Source: Asterionella formosa
Lineage: Eukaryota
Direction: 5' to 3'
Length of the DNA stretch: 44,714 nt
Assembly: GCA_002256025.1 (NCBI GenBank)
Contig: NKIB01014326.1
Location: 1-44,714 of the forward strand
Of this stretch, positions 1-11,430 are shown piece by piece (position 1 is the stretch's first letter; every line of letters begins with the position of its first letter). A program made the translations under genes and the position numbers. Under the pieces are notes generated by a model. That model saw nothing but the letters and a program-made list of their open reading frames with translations. It had not been told where the DNA came from and made no database searches.

Positions 1-339
1 ATTCAAGTTTCAGTAGTGCAACAATGTAAAATATTAGAAACCGGAAGTCACATTTCATCTAATTACGGTTTTCATTAGCTATACTAGTATTGATTGAGAG
101 GAAGCAATGGTAGAATGGCTGCCAAACAGGCGGGGGCAAACACAGAGAATCCTAATAATTTTTCTTCCCAATGATCCCAGTCCCTTCTTGAATGTCAGTT
201 GCTACAGAAAATGTAGAACAGCCGCCATGATCTGTTGATTGTTGCTTTATGGTGCCACTGACCGAGACCTCCAGAAATCTCAATGAGTTGCTTGTTTCTT
301 GACTTGAATGCAAAAGGGATCGAAACCAGTGGAAAAATC

Positions 340-2208
340 AAAACAAGGGAACTAAAAATGCTCTGCAAACATCATCAGGACAATTGTGAAAGAGAAATGA
401 AGGTTCTTGGGAGGAGAAGTAAAGGGATAATTGCTTCTGCTGGTCTTGCGGGAACAAGAATAGATTGAGCCAAACAAACGGGAAAGAGGTGGCACTGGCG
501 CTTCGCCAGTGGTAGTGTTGGGATGTCGAGGGTGGCCTGATGCGAGGACGTGATAGTGGTGCCACTTGGTAGGCGAACATCAAGGCCAGGGCTGACGCGA
601 TGGGCGTCTATGTGCGGTCCTGTCATCATCAGGAAGTGACTGGTGGTACAGCCAGTGTCAAGAATGATGGGAGCCGGTGAAGGAACGGAGTAGCTACTCG
701 TAGATGGAGGGGAGGAGGCTGCAAGACAGGATGCAGCCAGTTAACGCAGGAACTAAGATTATAGGCATCGAATCTATGGTGGCATCGTCTGGATCTATAG
801 TGGTATTGTCTGGAAGAATAGCAGCCGTCCCTCTGGCTCATGGAACCGCAGGAGAAGGAACAGGAGGGGTATTGGTGGTGTGGTCATGTGGGCGACCGTG
901 TCGGTGCGAGCTGCCACCCATCCGATTGCGATTCGTGGCACCTATTTGATGGCCAGGTGCTGGGGCATTCTTGCAGGAGGCACTGGTGTGGAGGACATTG
1001 CTGCTGCTGCCATGCGTCCAGCAGTACCCCCTTGTGGCGGCCTGTAGTTGCAGGTGGTGTGATTACCGCTAATGCAAGTTGTGCTCTCAGGGAGATGATT
1101 TCGGCTGCTAGAACAGTGGGGTCTGAAGAGAGTGACGAGGTGGTGGTACCAGCTGTCGAAGGGCTGACATGGTTGTCACGGGTCAGTCCATCCGGTTGAT
1201 AGCCAGTGGAAGCAGAGAGGTTAGTGTATGGATGCGGCGGTAATTGTCCATTTTGCGGAAGTGGACTTGGAAGGCAGCAAAGGATTGGGTTTCGGGGCCC
1301 AATAAGCACCATTCGCGGCATGCAGCAGCGAATAGACCTGTTTTGGCTATAATGTTGTACCCCATGCGGGCAACTGCAGTGTCAACCAGAGGTTCTTGCG
1401 CTGCATTGGCGAAGCATATGCCGCCTTCTAGTTGCTGAAAAAGTGTGTCAATGGGCATCGGGGAATGCCATGCTGTGGACATGCGCTGAATGTTGTCATC
1501 TTTCATTTCCATGCTGGTTACTCGGCCATATTGTGTGCGCAGGTGAGTGAGCATTTGCTTGGAGACAAGTGACACGTGAAAAACCGGATTGCCTATCATT
1601 CAAGGCATGTAGATAGATCAGTGGCGTCGCAGCGATAATTTGGCGGACGAGGGCTTTGTCAACATGATCATGATATAGTTTGAAGGTCTTTTGGCGGACC
1701 AGAAGCAGGCGGTTTGCTTCAGTGATTTGTGGGCCAGTAGGCGCCTCCGTGGGGAACACTGGCTCCACAGCGGGTGCAACAGGGGGCACGTAGGGGACTC
1801 CGGCGATCATGAGGTATGCGGCGGGAGTAATGGTGAGCGCAAGGTGATCGCTGAGTCCTCCTCCATCATAGGAGTGGACGGAGATCGCATTGGCATTGAG
1901 TTCCTTTTGAGCCATTTCGATCGTGAGGTAAGTTGGTTGCTCGGTGAGAGTGCCAAGGGGGGTCAGCGAGGGCGCTGGGAAGTTCGCCTGGAAGGCTCCT
2001 TCACTTGTCATGGTGACAACAAGTCAGCCTAAATTATCAGTTCTATTGAAGAACTCACTAAGTCACTAGCTGTAATGGTAATCGATGAACTGATAATTTA
2101 TGAGTGGTTTAGAGACAGTTGTTGCTTCATGCTGAGTGGTCATTGGAGTGACGTCATGATGGGTCAAGAAGTCGGGAAACCTGTAGGAAACCCTTGGGGT
2201 TCTCAACA
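340..2208 (-). mobile_element. Degenerate 5' part of a Ty1/Copia (diatom CoDi-like) LTR retrotransposon: 5' LTR, gag, protease
   Basis: Gag-like frames at 1496-2011 (PTYLTIEMAQKELNANAISVHS..GGG..HLAL) and 1183-1599 (W...PIDTLFQQLE...W......F..HF) are joined by a frameshift. Aspartic protease motif IILDTGCTTSHFL at ~630-670 is followed by VRLPSG..ITSSH.ATLDIP.LP. There are several frameshifts and stops, and similarity fades below ~340. Confidence 0.85.
2044..2208 (-). repeat. Putative short (~165 bp) 5' LTR of the CoDi-like element
   Basis: On the minus strand it begins TGTTGAGAAC and ends GTTCTTCAATA (imperfect terminal inverted repeat), 32 bp upstream of the gag ATG at 2011. The partner LTR is not in the window. 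Confidence 0.6.
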
Positions 2209-2214
2209 ATAACA

Positions 2215-2397
2215 GCAAGTTGCAGTAATTGTCATCTTTATCCCATATTAAATTGTTTGTTAAAGCAAAATGACCGCAACTTGCAGGTACCAGGGTACCC
2301 TGGTACCTGTGGTGCAGGTAATTTTGCTCAAACAAAAGATTTAGCCATCTTTATCCGAGATTAAAATGTTAGTTAAAGCAAAATGACCGCAACTTGC
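2215..2397. mobile_element. Two adjacent copies of an ~90-bp MITE-like repeat (2215-2284 internally deleted; ~2313-2397)
   Basis: Both end ATCTTTATCC..ATTAAA.TGTT.GTTAAAGCAAAATGACCGCAACTTGC. Left ends resemble the inverted GCAAGTTGC(G/A)GT(C/A)ATTTTGCT. Related copies lie at 17194 and 19108. Confidence 0.65.
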
Positions 2398-2587
2398 ATT
2401 GCTAGTAATAGTTAGTCTACCTGGTACCTGGTACCTGGTACCATCCTCATACACCTGAGAAGAACATTTAGCTTAATTATTTTGTAAACAACGTGTTTTA
2501 ACGGACCTTCCAGGGCAAATGTGCGTCATCTGCCAGCACCATCATCAGTCAGCAACGAAAGCAAGACAAGAATCTGGGAGGAGGAGT

Positions 2588-2850
2588 ATACCGGTATACG
2601 ATTTGGCAGTTCTGGTACTAGCTGGTAGTACCTGGTGCTCGGAGTACCAGGCAATATGGCGCAGATGCCACCAGGTACTGGTACCTGGTAACTGGTAGCA
2701 GCTGTGTACCTGGCACCGGTACTGGTATGGTACCTGGTACAAGGTACCAGTACAAGCGACGTATCAGGAAAATGCATAAATCATGATAGTATTCACACAC
2801 GAAAGGAATGATACAAACAGATCGCACTACCGGTACCGGTATACTAACAG
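2588..2850. repeat. Cluster of GGTACC/CCWGG (TA-CCWGG-TA) short repeats upstream of the peptidase; similar clusters at 2285-2310 and 2417-2442
   Basis: Repeated ggtacctgg, ggtaccagg and taccggta words read directly from the sequence. Confidence 0.8.
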
Positions 2851-2940
2851 CAAACAGGTTTTTCCTGAGGCCAGTGCACATCATTTTTCGCGGGAAGAAA
2901 GGAACCAAAAGGGCAAGAACAACGGCAAACAACAAGAGCA

Positions 2941-5808
2941 ATGCCTCACCTAGGTAGATCTCCCATGAACAGAGGAGGTGCTACAGGAGTCTCTGGAAGC
3001 AAAGCGGCCAGTGGTTCAGACAACAGTAACATTGGCATTGCATCTGCATTGCAACCTCCAAATCTGACCGCAGAAGCCGTTGCTGCCTTGCCTCCTCCAG
3101 GCTTATCAGGGCCAACCTCTCTGGTCTTTTCACCGTGTGATTCAAAGCAAAAGTATTTAGCCTTTCTGTCTACCTCGATAAAGGCTAGATCAGGAGAGCG
3201 GCAGCTACAATATCTCGATGTGACCCAACCTCAGCAAGTCAATCCCCTTTTGAATTTGCCTCCAACGTCATCAGCGGAAGTCAGTCTAGAAGAAAGATTA
3301 CGAAGAGAGCGACAGAGACTGCATGCGTCTCAAGGAATAACTCAGTTTACCTGGCAAACATGCGCTGAAACCTCGGAATTGCTATTATTAGTGCCCATCA
3401 AAGGCAGTCTTTATGTACAACGAGGCATTTCCAACGGGGAATTGATTTGCATTTACGACAAAGCATCGTTGCAATCGTCGCTACCAGAATCAATACAAGG
3501 CTCTGTTGTTGGAAGAGATGCAGGAGCGATTGATCCGCATCTATCACCTGATGGCACCATGGTAGCCTTCGTCGTGGCCGGGGATATTTACGTGGCTTCT
3601 ACCCTAACACATCAAGCAGTCACACGCATTACCTTTGGGGCGCTACAGGACATTGCTACCTGCATCACGCATGGATTGGCAGACTTTGTGGCACAGGAAG
3701 AAATGGATAGATATCGCGGATTTTGGTGGGCACCGGACTCAAAAGGAATTTTATTGACAAGAGTCGATGAATCGCATGTGCCGCCATATCGGATCTCACA
3801 CCAAGGAAGGGATTCAGAGGAGGAAACATTCGAAGATCATCGGTATCCTTTTGCTGGAAAATCTAATCCAAAAGTACAGTTGGGCTTTGTGCATGTCAAC
3901 CGAGAGCGGATTCGGGGAGAAGACATGGAAGTCGATGGGTCCGAAACTAATGAATGGGCTCAATGTATGTGGTTCCCTCCACCGAGAGAAGCGACAGAAT
4001 ATCTCGCACGGGTATCGTGGTTTCCGGATGGATCCGCATGTGCACAATGGCAAAATCGAACGCAATCGACGCTAGTTTTGGTACGCTTGGATGTGCAACA
4101 TGGAACGTCGAGGACACTGCATATGGAACGAAGTGATCTTTGGATTAATTTACATCATATGTTACGAGTCTTGCCCAGAGCTATTCACCCAGAAGATTGC
4201 GAAAATTGCGAAACAAACATACCTCCTATACAAAATCCTTTGCCAACAGGATCCTTTTCGTTTTTGTTTGCGTCAGAACGGACGGGTTTCTTTCACTTAT
4301 ATTTGTACACTTTCATTCCCGGTATGAACAGCAACCGGGCTATGCTCATTCGAACAGTATCTAATGGGGAATGGTTAGTGGAATCAATAGTAGGGGTTGA
4401 TATGGATCGAGATGCTGTCTATGTGACAGGAACATTTGATTCTCCGCTTGAACGGCATTTGTATGCCCTTTCGCTAACTGGTAGTGGAGTTACAGTAATC
4501 GACGAAGAAGCAGGTGGAGATAACCTGCACGGAGGAGTCAGGCGCTCATTCAAGAATGTTATCTCAGCCTTGAGTGGGAGCAAATCTGGAAAACTAAGGA
4601 ATGATGCCGGCGAGTCGCCATACGCCAATCCAGTCCGATTGACTGCAGAACGAGGTATGCACAATATCGTCATGGACGATGAATGCTCCATCTTCACTGA
4701 CACTAGCTCTGATTTGGGAAGACCAACTTCCGTCAAAGTTTATCGTATGCCCGAGAATGGACCCTTTCTGGCTTTTCCATCGTCTTCTAGGGGTCGGAAA
4801 CAACGAAAATCACACAATGAATTCGACTCACGGACCGACGAAGTTAGACTCATGTTCACCCTCTATGACGCAGCCCAGGACGACAAGGCTATGTCTTCGC
4901 TGTTGGGGAATGTGGCCAATGACTTATCCAGCGCTGAATGCCTCAAGCACTTACCAGCTCCTGAACTGATGTCGTTTCCCACCTCCGACGGAACGGAAAC
5001 GCTTCATGCCGCATTGTATCGCCCAGATCCTCGTGTTCATGGACCTGGCCCATATCCATTGGTGTGTGCGGTTTATGGTGGACCGCACGTCCAACGAGTT
5101 AATCGATCCTGGTCGCAATGTGCGGACATGCGAGCGCAGCGACTACGCTCTCTTGGCTTTGCAGTCGTTAAGTGTGACAATCGAGGATCATCGCGCCGTG
5201 GGCTCGGTTTCGAAGCAGCTATTCGACATCGGTTGGGTCGCCTCGAAGTCCTGGATCAAGTCGCAATAGTTCGGCAGCTGACAATGCGTGGAATCGCGGA
5301 CGCTAACCGTGTCGGTATCTATGGTTGGTCGTACGGTGGTTATCTGGCCGCCATGTGCCTGTGTCGTGCACCTGACATCTTTCACGTCGCCGTCGCAGGA
5401 GCACCGGTGACCAGTTGGGACGGATATGACACTCATTACACGGAGCGGTATATGGGTTTGCCTGATGATAATGCATCTGGGTATAGAGAGTCGGCTGTCT
5501 TTGATCATATTCCGAATATGAGGGGTAAGCTGATGATCGTTCATGGATTGATCGACGAAAATGTTCACTTCCGCCACACTGCTCGACTTATTAATCGACT
5601 AATTGCATCAGGAAAGGATTATGACCTGCTTATCTTTCCAGATGAGCGACACTCGCCTCGCCGGCTCCGCGACCGAATCTATATGGAACAACGCATTAGT
5701 GATTATTTCACTCGGAATCTACTACACCATCACCTGTCTATTGATGGTGGCAGTGGACAGTCAGTTGCACCTCCTGTTGTTACGAGAACCATGGCAGGGT
5801 ACCTGTAA
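2941..5808 (+). CDS. Dipeptidyl peptidase IV family S9B protein (DPP8/DPP9-like, probably cytosolic), 955 aa, intronless
   Basis: Propeller motif GLADFVAQEEMDRYRGFWW, plus YPFAG..NP and VYGGPHVQ. Catalytic GWSYGG (Ser), HGLIDENVHF (Asp) and FPDERH (His). No obvious signal peptide or TM anchor. Confidence 0.95.
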   Translation: MPHLGRSPMNRGGATGVSGSKAASGSDNSNIGIASALQPPNLTAEAVAALPPPGLSGPTSLVFSPCDSKQKYLAFLSTSIKARSGERQLQYLDVTQPQQVNPLLNLPPTSSAEVSLEERLRRERQRLHASQGITQFTWQTCAETSELLLLVPIKGSLYVQRGISNGELICIYDKASLQSSLPESIQGSVVGRDAGAIDPHLSPDGTMVAFVVAGDIYVASTLTHQAVTRITFGALQDIATCITHGLADFVAQEEMDRYRGFWWAPDSKGILLTRVDESHVPPYRISHQGRDSEEETFEDHRYPFAGKSNPKVQLGFVHVNRERIRGEDMEVDGSETNEWAQCMWFPPPREATEYLARVSWFPDGSACAQWQNRTQSTLVLVRLDVQHGTSRTLHMERSDLWINLHHMLRVLPRAIHPEDCENCETNIPPIQNPLPTGSFSFLFASERTGFFHLYLYTFIPGMNSNRAMLIRTVSNGEWLVESIVGVDMDRDAVYVTGTFDSPLERHLYALSLTGSGVTVIDEEAGGDNLHGGVRRSFKNVISALSGSKSGKLRNDAGESPYANPVRLTAERGMHNIVMDDECSIFTDTSSDLGRPTSVKVYRMPENGPFLAFPSSSRGRKQRKSHNEFDSRTDEVRLMFTLYDAAQDDKAMSSLLGNVANDLSSAECLKHLPAPELMSFPTSDGTETLHAALYRPDPRVHGPGPYPLVCAVYGGPHVQRVNRSWSQCADMRAQRLRSLGFAVVKCDNRGSSRRGLGFEAAIRHRLGRLEVLDQVAIVRQLTMRGIADANRVGIYGWSYGGYLAAMCLCRAPDIFHVAVAGAPVTSWDGYDTHYTERYMGLPDDNASGYRESAVFDHIPNMRGKLMIVHGLIDENVHFRHTARLINRLIASGKDYDLLIFPDERHSPRRLRDRIYMEQRISDYFTRNLLHHHLSIDGGSGQSVAPPVVTRTMAGYL

Positions 5809-6054
5809 ATAAAATGACGTTTCCTTTGACTGTACCAGGTACTCTTAATGAAAGTATAGAAATATGCAAGCTATCATAATGTGGGTGCACATAATGGATT
5901 TGCCTCAAAACTTTACTGCCAGTACTGTATAGTACTTTTTGATGATGACAAGATACAGTGCTGATCGGGTGATACCATCACAACAGAAAGCAATCCAATT
6001 TCATTATTAATCCATTCATTAAAGTGTAATGACCTTAATACGGGTACATCATAA

Positions 6055-6969
6055 CTAGTGTTGAGTGGATTCCTCGTCGACGTCGTCACGAAAGTCAGTA
6101 TTTTTACGCCGAGTACCACCAGTGGGACGTTTTCGGTCACGAGCGGCTTGGGCATCCTTGCGCTTTTGGGCTGACGCCCCCTTGGGAACACCTATGAGGG
6201 GCTCCAACAATGGCCACACTTTCTTTTTCCACAACTTTGAAAACTTCTTGTAGACCGTGCCCACATTATACTTGATGTTTCGTGTCGCAGTCTTTAATGG
6301 CCGTGGTGCATAGAGCTGCCATTGCTGGAACATATACTGGCGGGTCTCTTCAAATTGCTCCAGTGCGAGCTGCATGGGAGCTTCGTCTTCCTCCCAGTTG
6401 AGGAAGTACCCATAATCTTGGTACTTCCTCTCCAATCTCTTGATCAGTTTCGGGTAGTCGCCGTAGTACTTGGAGAGAATCCCAGGAACTTCCATAATCT
6501 TCTCAGGGTCGTGTTTTTCATAGAAAGACATGACCCGCTTCTTTGGAGTCTGACCAATTCCAAGACGAAATCCAATGGCACCCATGACATTATTTTTCTG
6601 AAAATAAGACCCGAAATAGTCGGAAGCGTAGATTAAAGCTGGCAAAAGAGTTGTTCCAGTCATGAGAATAAGCAAAATCAAAGGAGTAGATTTGATACCC
6701 CCCTTCTTACTTGGTGCTGGAGGCGCTACTGATCTGTTTTCAGCTTCTGAAGGCTCCTTTCTCTTCTTCTTCTTTTCAATTTTAGGAGGAGGAGCGCCGA
6801 GATCGTCGTCGTCTTCGTCAGATGAACTTGTTGGATTTGGGAAGTCATTATCTTCGTCAACAGGCGCCATAAATGGATTCTCATTGCCAGACAACATGGC
6901 GTTTGCAGTCTTTCTATCTTCCTTTTTCTTGTTACGTTGACGCAACTTTCCTTCTGCTCCACGGGCCAT
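6055..6969 (-). CDS. Hypothetical membrane protein, 304 aa
   Basis: Long ATG-initiated ORF with a charged N-terminus, one hydrophobic segment (PLILLILMTGTTLLPALIYA) and a small helical motif FYEKHDPEKIMEVPGILSKY.G....LIKRLERKY. It is convergent with the peptidase. Confidence 0.8.
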   Translation of the reverse strand: MARGAEGKLRQRNKKKEDRKTANAMLSGNENPFMAPVDEDNDFPNPTSSSDEDDDDLGAPPPKIEKKKKRKEPSEAENRSVAPPAPSKKGGIKSTPLILLILMTGTTLLPALIYASDYFGSYFQKNNVMGAIGFRLGIGQTPKKRVMSFYEKHDPEKIMEVPGILSKYYGDYPKLIKRLERKYQDYGYFLNWEEDEAPMQLALEQFEETRQYMFQQWQLYAPRPLKTATRNIKYNVGTVYKKFSKLWKKKVWPLLEPLIGVPKGASAQKRKDAQAARDRKRPTGGTRRKNTDFRDDVDEESTQH

Positions 6970-7133
6970 TTTCTCTTTCTAGCTGTTTTGTTGCGATGAA
7001 GTAAATATAAGGAGTTCACTTTGCTGTCTATTGTCAATCAACAATCATGTACGGTATGATTCTTTGTGTATCGGTGTTATGGATATCGCAAGCAAACCTA
7101 AATTACATAAAATTATTTTGTATATTAGGAGAG

Positions 7134-7185
7134 TACCTGTTACCTGGTACCAGGTCCTGCAGTACCTGGTACATGTACCAGGTAC
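7134..7185. repeat. GGTACC/CCWGG repeat cluster
   Basis: tacctgttacctggtaccaggtcctgcagtacctggtacatgtaccaggtac. Confidence 0.75.
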
Positions 7186-7910
7186 GTTACACATGCGTAT
7201 TTTCTCACTATTGATGGGACCTCCACGTGTTCAGAAATAGTGGAGGAAGGCAGGGGAGCGAAGTAAACTAACATGGAGCAACTGCGAGCTCCTCAATTTT
7301 TATTATCTGTAGACGGTCGTACGAACACAAGTACAGTTCCGGTATCATTGTCACAATTTTGTCAAAGCACCCAGCAAAAGTAGCGGTTCGAGTAGCACTA
7401 TCAAAGTGATCCTCCACAAAGCACTGGTACCAGGTACCGGTAGCTCACCACGGGCGGAGGTTAATGTATATTTATGTTTATATGTACAATCAAATAATTC
7501 CATTTCAGTGCCACCATATATCATATGTAGCTGGAATGTTGCAACCTGAAGATCAACATCGTTGGATACGTTGGCCTTGGTATGGAGTTTGTTTGCATTT
7601 AATAATCATCTAGCAAATCGAAAATAGTTTCTATCAATAATAGAAAAAAATCAATGATAGAAATTTTTCCCAACTAAAAATCGAAATGACTCTTTTTTAC
7701 TAAAAAGAAAATCGAAAAATATGAAAAAGGTTTGTATTATCATTGAAATCAACAGTTTATTGGTTGGCTGGGTTTAGCTTGCTTCATGACATACTGGTGG
7801 TACTCAGCCACTGGAATATAATGTCATACATAGATGAAGGATTTAAATTAAATTTTAGAGTACGTTAAAACTAAGCTCATAATCGCACTAGTGCGTTTTA
7901 GACACAGAGG

Positions 7911-7959
7911 TGGGGGGGGGGGGAGGGGGGGTATAAAAAAAAANNNNNNNNNCCCCCCC

Positions 7960-8009
<50 letters not shown>

Positions 8010-8016
8010 CCCCCCC
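7911..8016. other. Assembly gap (short N run ~7943-7952) flanked by poly-G and poly-C
   Basis: N run with homopolymer G on the left and C on the right. Confidence 0.9.
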
Positions 8017-8199
8017 AGACCGACTGTAACTAACTCTGCCTATAGCGAGCCCTTGGACGACGTCCTTCCAACATCTCCAATCGTGGAGCAAGACGAAGCC
8101 GAGCTCCATCACCTCGAGCCTGCATGCCACCAGGGTGCTGTGCTTGAAGGGAAGTTTCCACTGTCCGAATCCATAGTAACTTCTGTGACAGAGTATGAC

Positions 8200-9252
8200 G
8201 TGATTTTCTGACCTGGCACGGAATGCTAAATAAGAACCTGTCAGAGGGAGTTAACCTATCCGCTTGAGAGTATAACTGTGTTATGTTGCGGTCCGCCTCT
8301 TGCTTGGCCAAGAATATCAATCTGTTCATCCTCTGTGACTCCGTACAGAAACTTGGTTGCAGGAAGTCCATTGCCCGATCCCAAAGTCCCATAAATCAGA
8401 TATTAGCTGGGTTGTCCAGTGATCATCAATATTTGAATCTGAATGTAGCCGTCTTTCTTGGCAATATAGCGCACTTGCTTTCCTTGCCCCAGTTGACAAT
8501 AATTCTGCCCCGGATGGCCTGATCCCACCCTATGTCCTGCTGATTAATGAAAGCTTCGAAGGTGGTGTGCCCAATAATATCGTTTGGAGGTGGAATAACG
8601 CCCTCGTCCCATCGTACAACGCCTTCGCTAAACCATGCATGTTTCCATGATCAGCCGGAATACTTTCATGACATAAGGACATGTTTGTCGCCCCTTGATT
8701 GTGGTCCACATCTCCGTCCATAGATTATTCCTATACTAGTTAGTGTTGCGAGGACACCTGATCCCATGATTTAAGTCCTCATTAAATCTTCCGCATCGTG
8801 GATATCGTTCATCATGTTGTTTTATGAATTTCCGACGTTGTTTCATTGTGGCGAACAAATCAAATTCTAACTTGAAAAGCATTGTCTTGTGTGAAGACCC
8901 AGCTATCCTCGCCCCTGCTCGATGTCTTGCCTGCCAATCGACCATGTCATAATTTCTTTTGTGTCCCACCCGGTCTTAGATATAATAAACTTTTCGGTAG
9001 ATTCGCGGTAGCTAGCCTCCCGAATAGCCAAGGGATGGTGACCTGTTATCCATGTTTCCTGTACACATAAGGATGCCCTATGACCCGGTGGGGAAGCATA
9101 CTTCGTCGTACACGAGTTGTGGCAACGGAGACAGGTCCTTGCCTGCTGGTTTGCTAAAGCATCCACATCACAGTTGATTTTCGCCTGCCTCCCATGGCAA
9201 TTTTTTATACGCTATATGTGAATCTTGGTGGGATTTGACGTGATGTCGACTG
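8200..9252 (-). mobile_element. Degenerate 3' end of a non-LTR retrotransposon (LINE): end of RNase H plus C-terminal Zn-finger region
   Basis: Minus-strand fragments HHVKSHQD (~9225-9250), KINCDVDALA, MVDWQA, LFKLEFDLFAT and (Y/C)PRCGRFNEDLNH.IRC (CCHC-like) appear in the order typical of RNase H-bearing LINE ORF2 ends. They are broken by frameshifts. Confidence 0.7.
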
Positions 9253-10555
9253 CAAATAAAAAGTATCATGCATATAGGATCAAGAGTATTGTACGCTAAG
9301 TGGCACAGGATTTTCGTATATATGATAATTTTTGGATCAAAACTATGATCAAGGTATCCTACTATAGCTATGATGATTTATTAATATTTTTCCGACCTTG
9401 AAGTATACTAATAATAAGACATTATCATCACACGATGTATATCAACTGATCAACAACATTACTCATCAACATCATAAACCTTCTCATATTATTTTCAACT
9501 CTCGTGATCGCCCAATGTAAATTATTACTACAACGCATCCTAAAATCAGCTCAACTCTATGCTATCATGTGAATTGTTCCATCCTAAATCTATCTTAAAT
9601 ATGATCATAATTCTAATCACAAGCATTGTTCAAAATAGATTGAAATGGATCGTAATTTAGCTATAAAATTCAGCAATGCTATCTATTAATCTACACGCCA
9701 GCGACCCAACGTTTCTCTCTCTACTCGGCTCAATGTATATTAATCCTGTCCCGCCCTCCTTTTCTTCCTCTTTTCTGAATCTTTTGCCAAGCAATGCCTT
9801 ACTAATGTTGCGTCTCTCTCCCTGCTGTTAGTGTCATTCTGAACTCGCCGACTATTCCGTTGTTTGATCGGTTTTATTGTCCTATGCAGTTACAGTAACA
9901 ATGAGAAGGAATGACTTGTTAGCTAGACATGTTACACTGACACAAGCAACATCACGCCATTCCATTGTATCCTCTTGCTTGCTTCACTTACCACAGCCAA
10001 ATCAAAGCAAGTGATTCATAAGTCTGTAATAGTAAATTTGTCAGTAAATTCTTGAATAAGGAAGCTTCAGGTTTCCAATGTTGCCAAATAAAACTTACCG
10101 ATTCATTTTCGTTAGCTTAACTTTGAGATAAGGTAAATGTGGCGTGTCCGTCAGTTATGTTCCTTCAGAAGTGAATAGGAGGTCCAACGACAAGAGCACT
10201 TACCAATTTTGTTTGTTTTACTTTGGTGCTCCCCAACAAGAGAAACGAGCTGTTGAATCAACTGAGAAAAAAGGAAACGTGCATTTAGTTTACAAGCAAT
10301 TTGTTATTGTCCTGCCTCCCAACAATTGTCATCCAAGTACCACATTGATGGCTTCATTGCCTTAAACATACTCCATCCTTCGAAGCCGCAATGTGTCGAA
10401 GCCACAATGTTTTTCGTTATTGCCTTTCTTGTCATGTGCTTTACTACGATATTTCTTTTCATGAAGCAGGCATTGTTTGTTAACATGACAGAACGATTTC
10501 CAATTTATTTGCCATGTATATATTTATAAAATTTGTAAATATATAAATATTTCAA

Positions 10556-10810
10556 GTGTCGTACATTTGTATGTCCCTCGGTTCTGGTGGGTTCTTCATA
10601 AATGTCTGGGATCATGGACAGTCATTTGACTGTGACTTTGACTTAGATCGAGAAGGTAAAGCAGCAGAGAATCAACATGCGATGTTACTTCGCATTCCTT
10701 TCAAGTACATATTTTTAATGCGTGGTGATACAGTTCATGCAGGTGCTATGGACAATCACCTCACCAATTGAGCTTGCTTTGAGACTTCATATGTACTTGT
10801 TGCCTGGTTA
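10556..10810 (+). pseudogene. Fragment resembling the C-terminal half of a 2OG-Fe(II) dioxygenase (DSBH) domain
   Basis: LRIPFKYIFLMRGDTVHAGA...(frame change)...ALRLHMYL fits the distal His plus Arg pattern. No HxD half was found. Confidence 0.4.
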
Positions 10811-11029
10811 CCTCCCGAGGAAAACTCAGTTGCGATCAGGAAACAAGCTGGGAATGCCATTAGCACAAAGGCCTATGGAAAGAATCGTATCCCTCCATCT
10901 CTAGCTAGTTTCTTTTTTGCTTGATTCTTATGGAAAAGGATGGCAGATTTATATTTAAAAATCATTGGTTATTAGGAAGTTGTTCAACTACTAAATCAAA
11001 ACCAGCTGCATTACAATTGAGATAAAGCG

Positions 11030-11430
11030 TTGTCAATTTGCGTCATCAACACCAATTGAATTGGCATTGACGTGAATTTAATTGCCTCAGAAATAAACTC
11101 ATGTTAGTCAATCCAGTATTGACCATGAGGGGGTAATGGCCTTCGCATCATCATCCCCAATTGAATTGGCACTGAGATCAAGTGTAGTCATGACAGTATC
11201 GACCTTGAAGGCCTGTGTTGATATTGACCTTGATGGGGTAATGGACTTCGCATCAGCATCACCAATTGAATTGGCATTGAGATCAAGTGTAGTCATGACA
11301 GGCAGTCTCGACCTTGAAAGCTTGTGTTGATAATGACCTCGATGGGGTAATGGCCTTCGCATCATCATCACCAATTGAATTGGCATTGAGATCAAGTGTA
11401 GTCACGACAGTATCGACATTGAAGACCTGT
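11030..11430 (-). pseudogene. Degenerate RI-like leucine-rich-repeat array (about 4 units of 105-109 bp)
   Basis: CCAATTGAATTGGCA recurs at 11052, 11157, 11262 and 11371. Units translate to TTLDL(N/S)ANSIGDDDAKAI (LxLxxNxIGDxGAxAI type). The 109-bp unit shifts the frame. Confidence 0.7.

Noticed and set aside
2526..2941. Short ORFs rich in YQVPGT/WYLVPG (also 32332-32687 and 34787-35572)
   Set aside because: They are translations of the non-coding GGTACCWGG arrays.
7888..8211. Poly-Gly/poly-Pro ORFs (also 20849-21138) and a CACTA pentamer at ~7886
   Set aside because: The ORFs run through homopolymers and N gaps. No matching CACTA terminus or subterminal repeats were seen.
2941..11430. Functional link between the DPP9-like peptidase and the nearby LRR array (as in NLRP1 regulation)
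   Set aside because: No NACHT or FIIND domain, the LRR is broken, an assembly gap separates them, and proximity is not evidence in a eukaryote.
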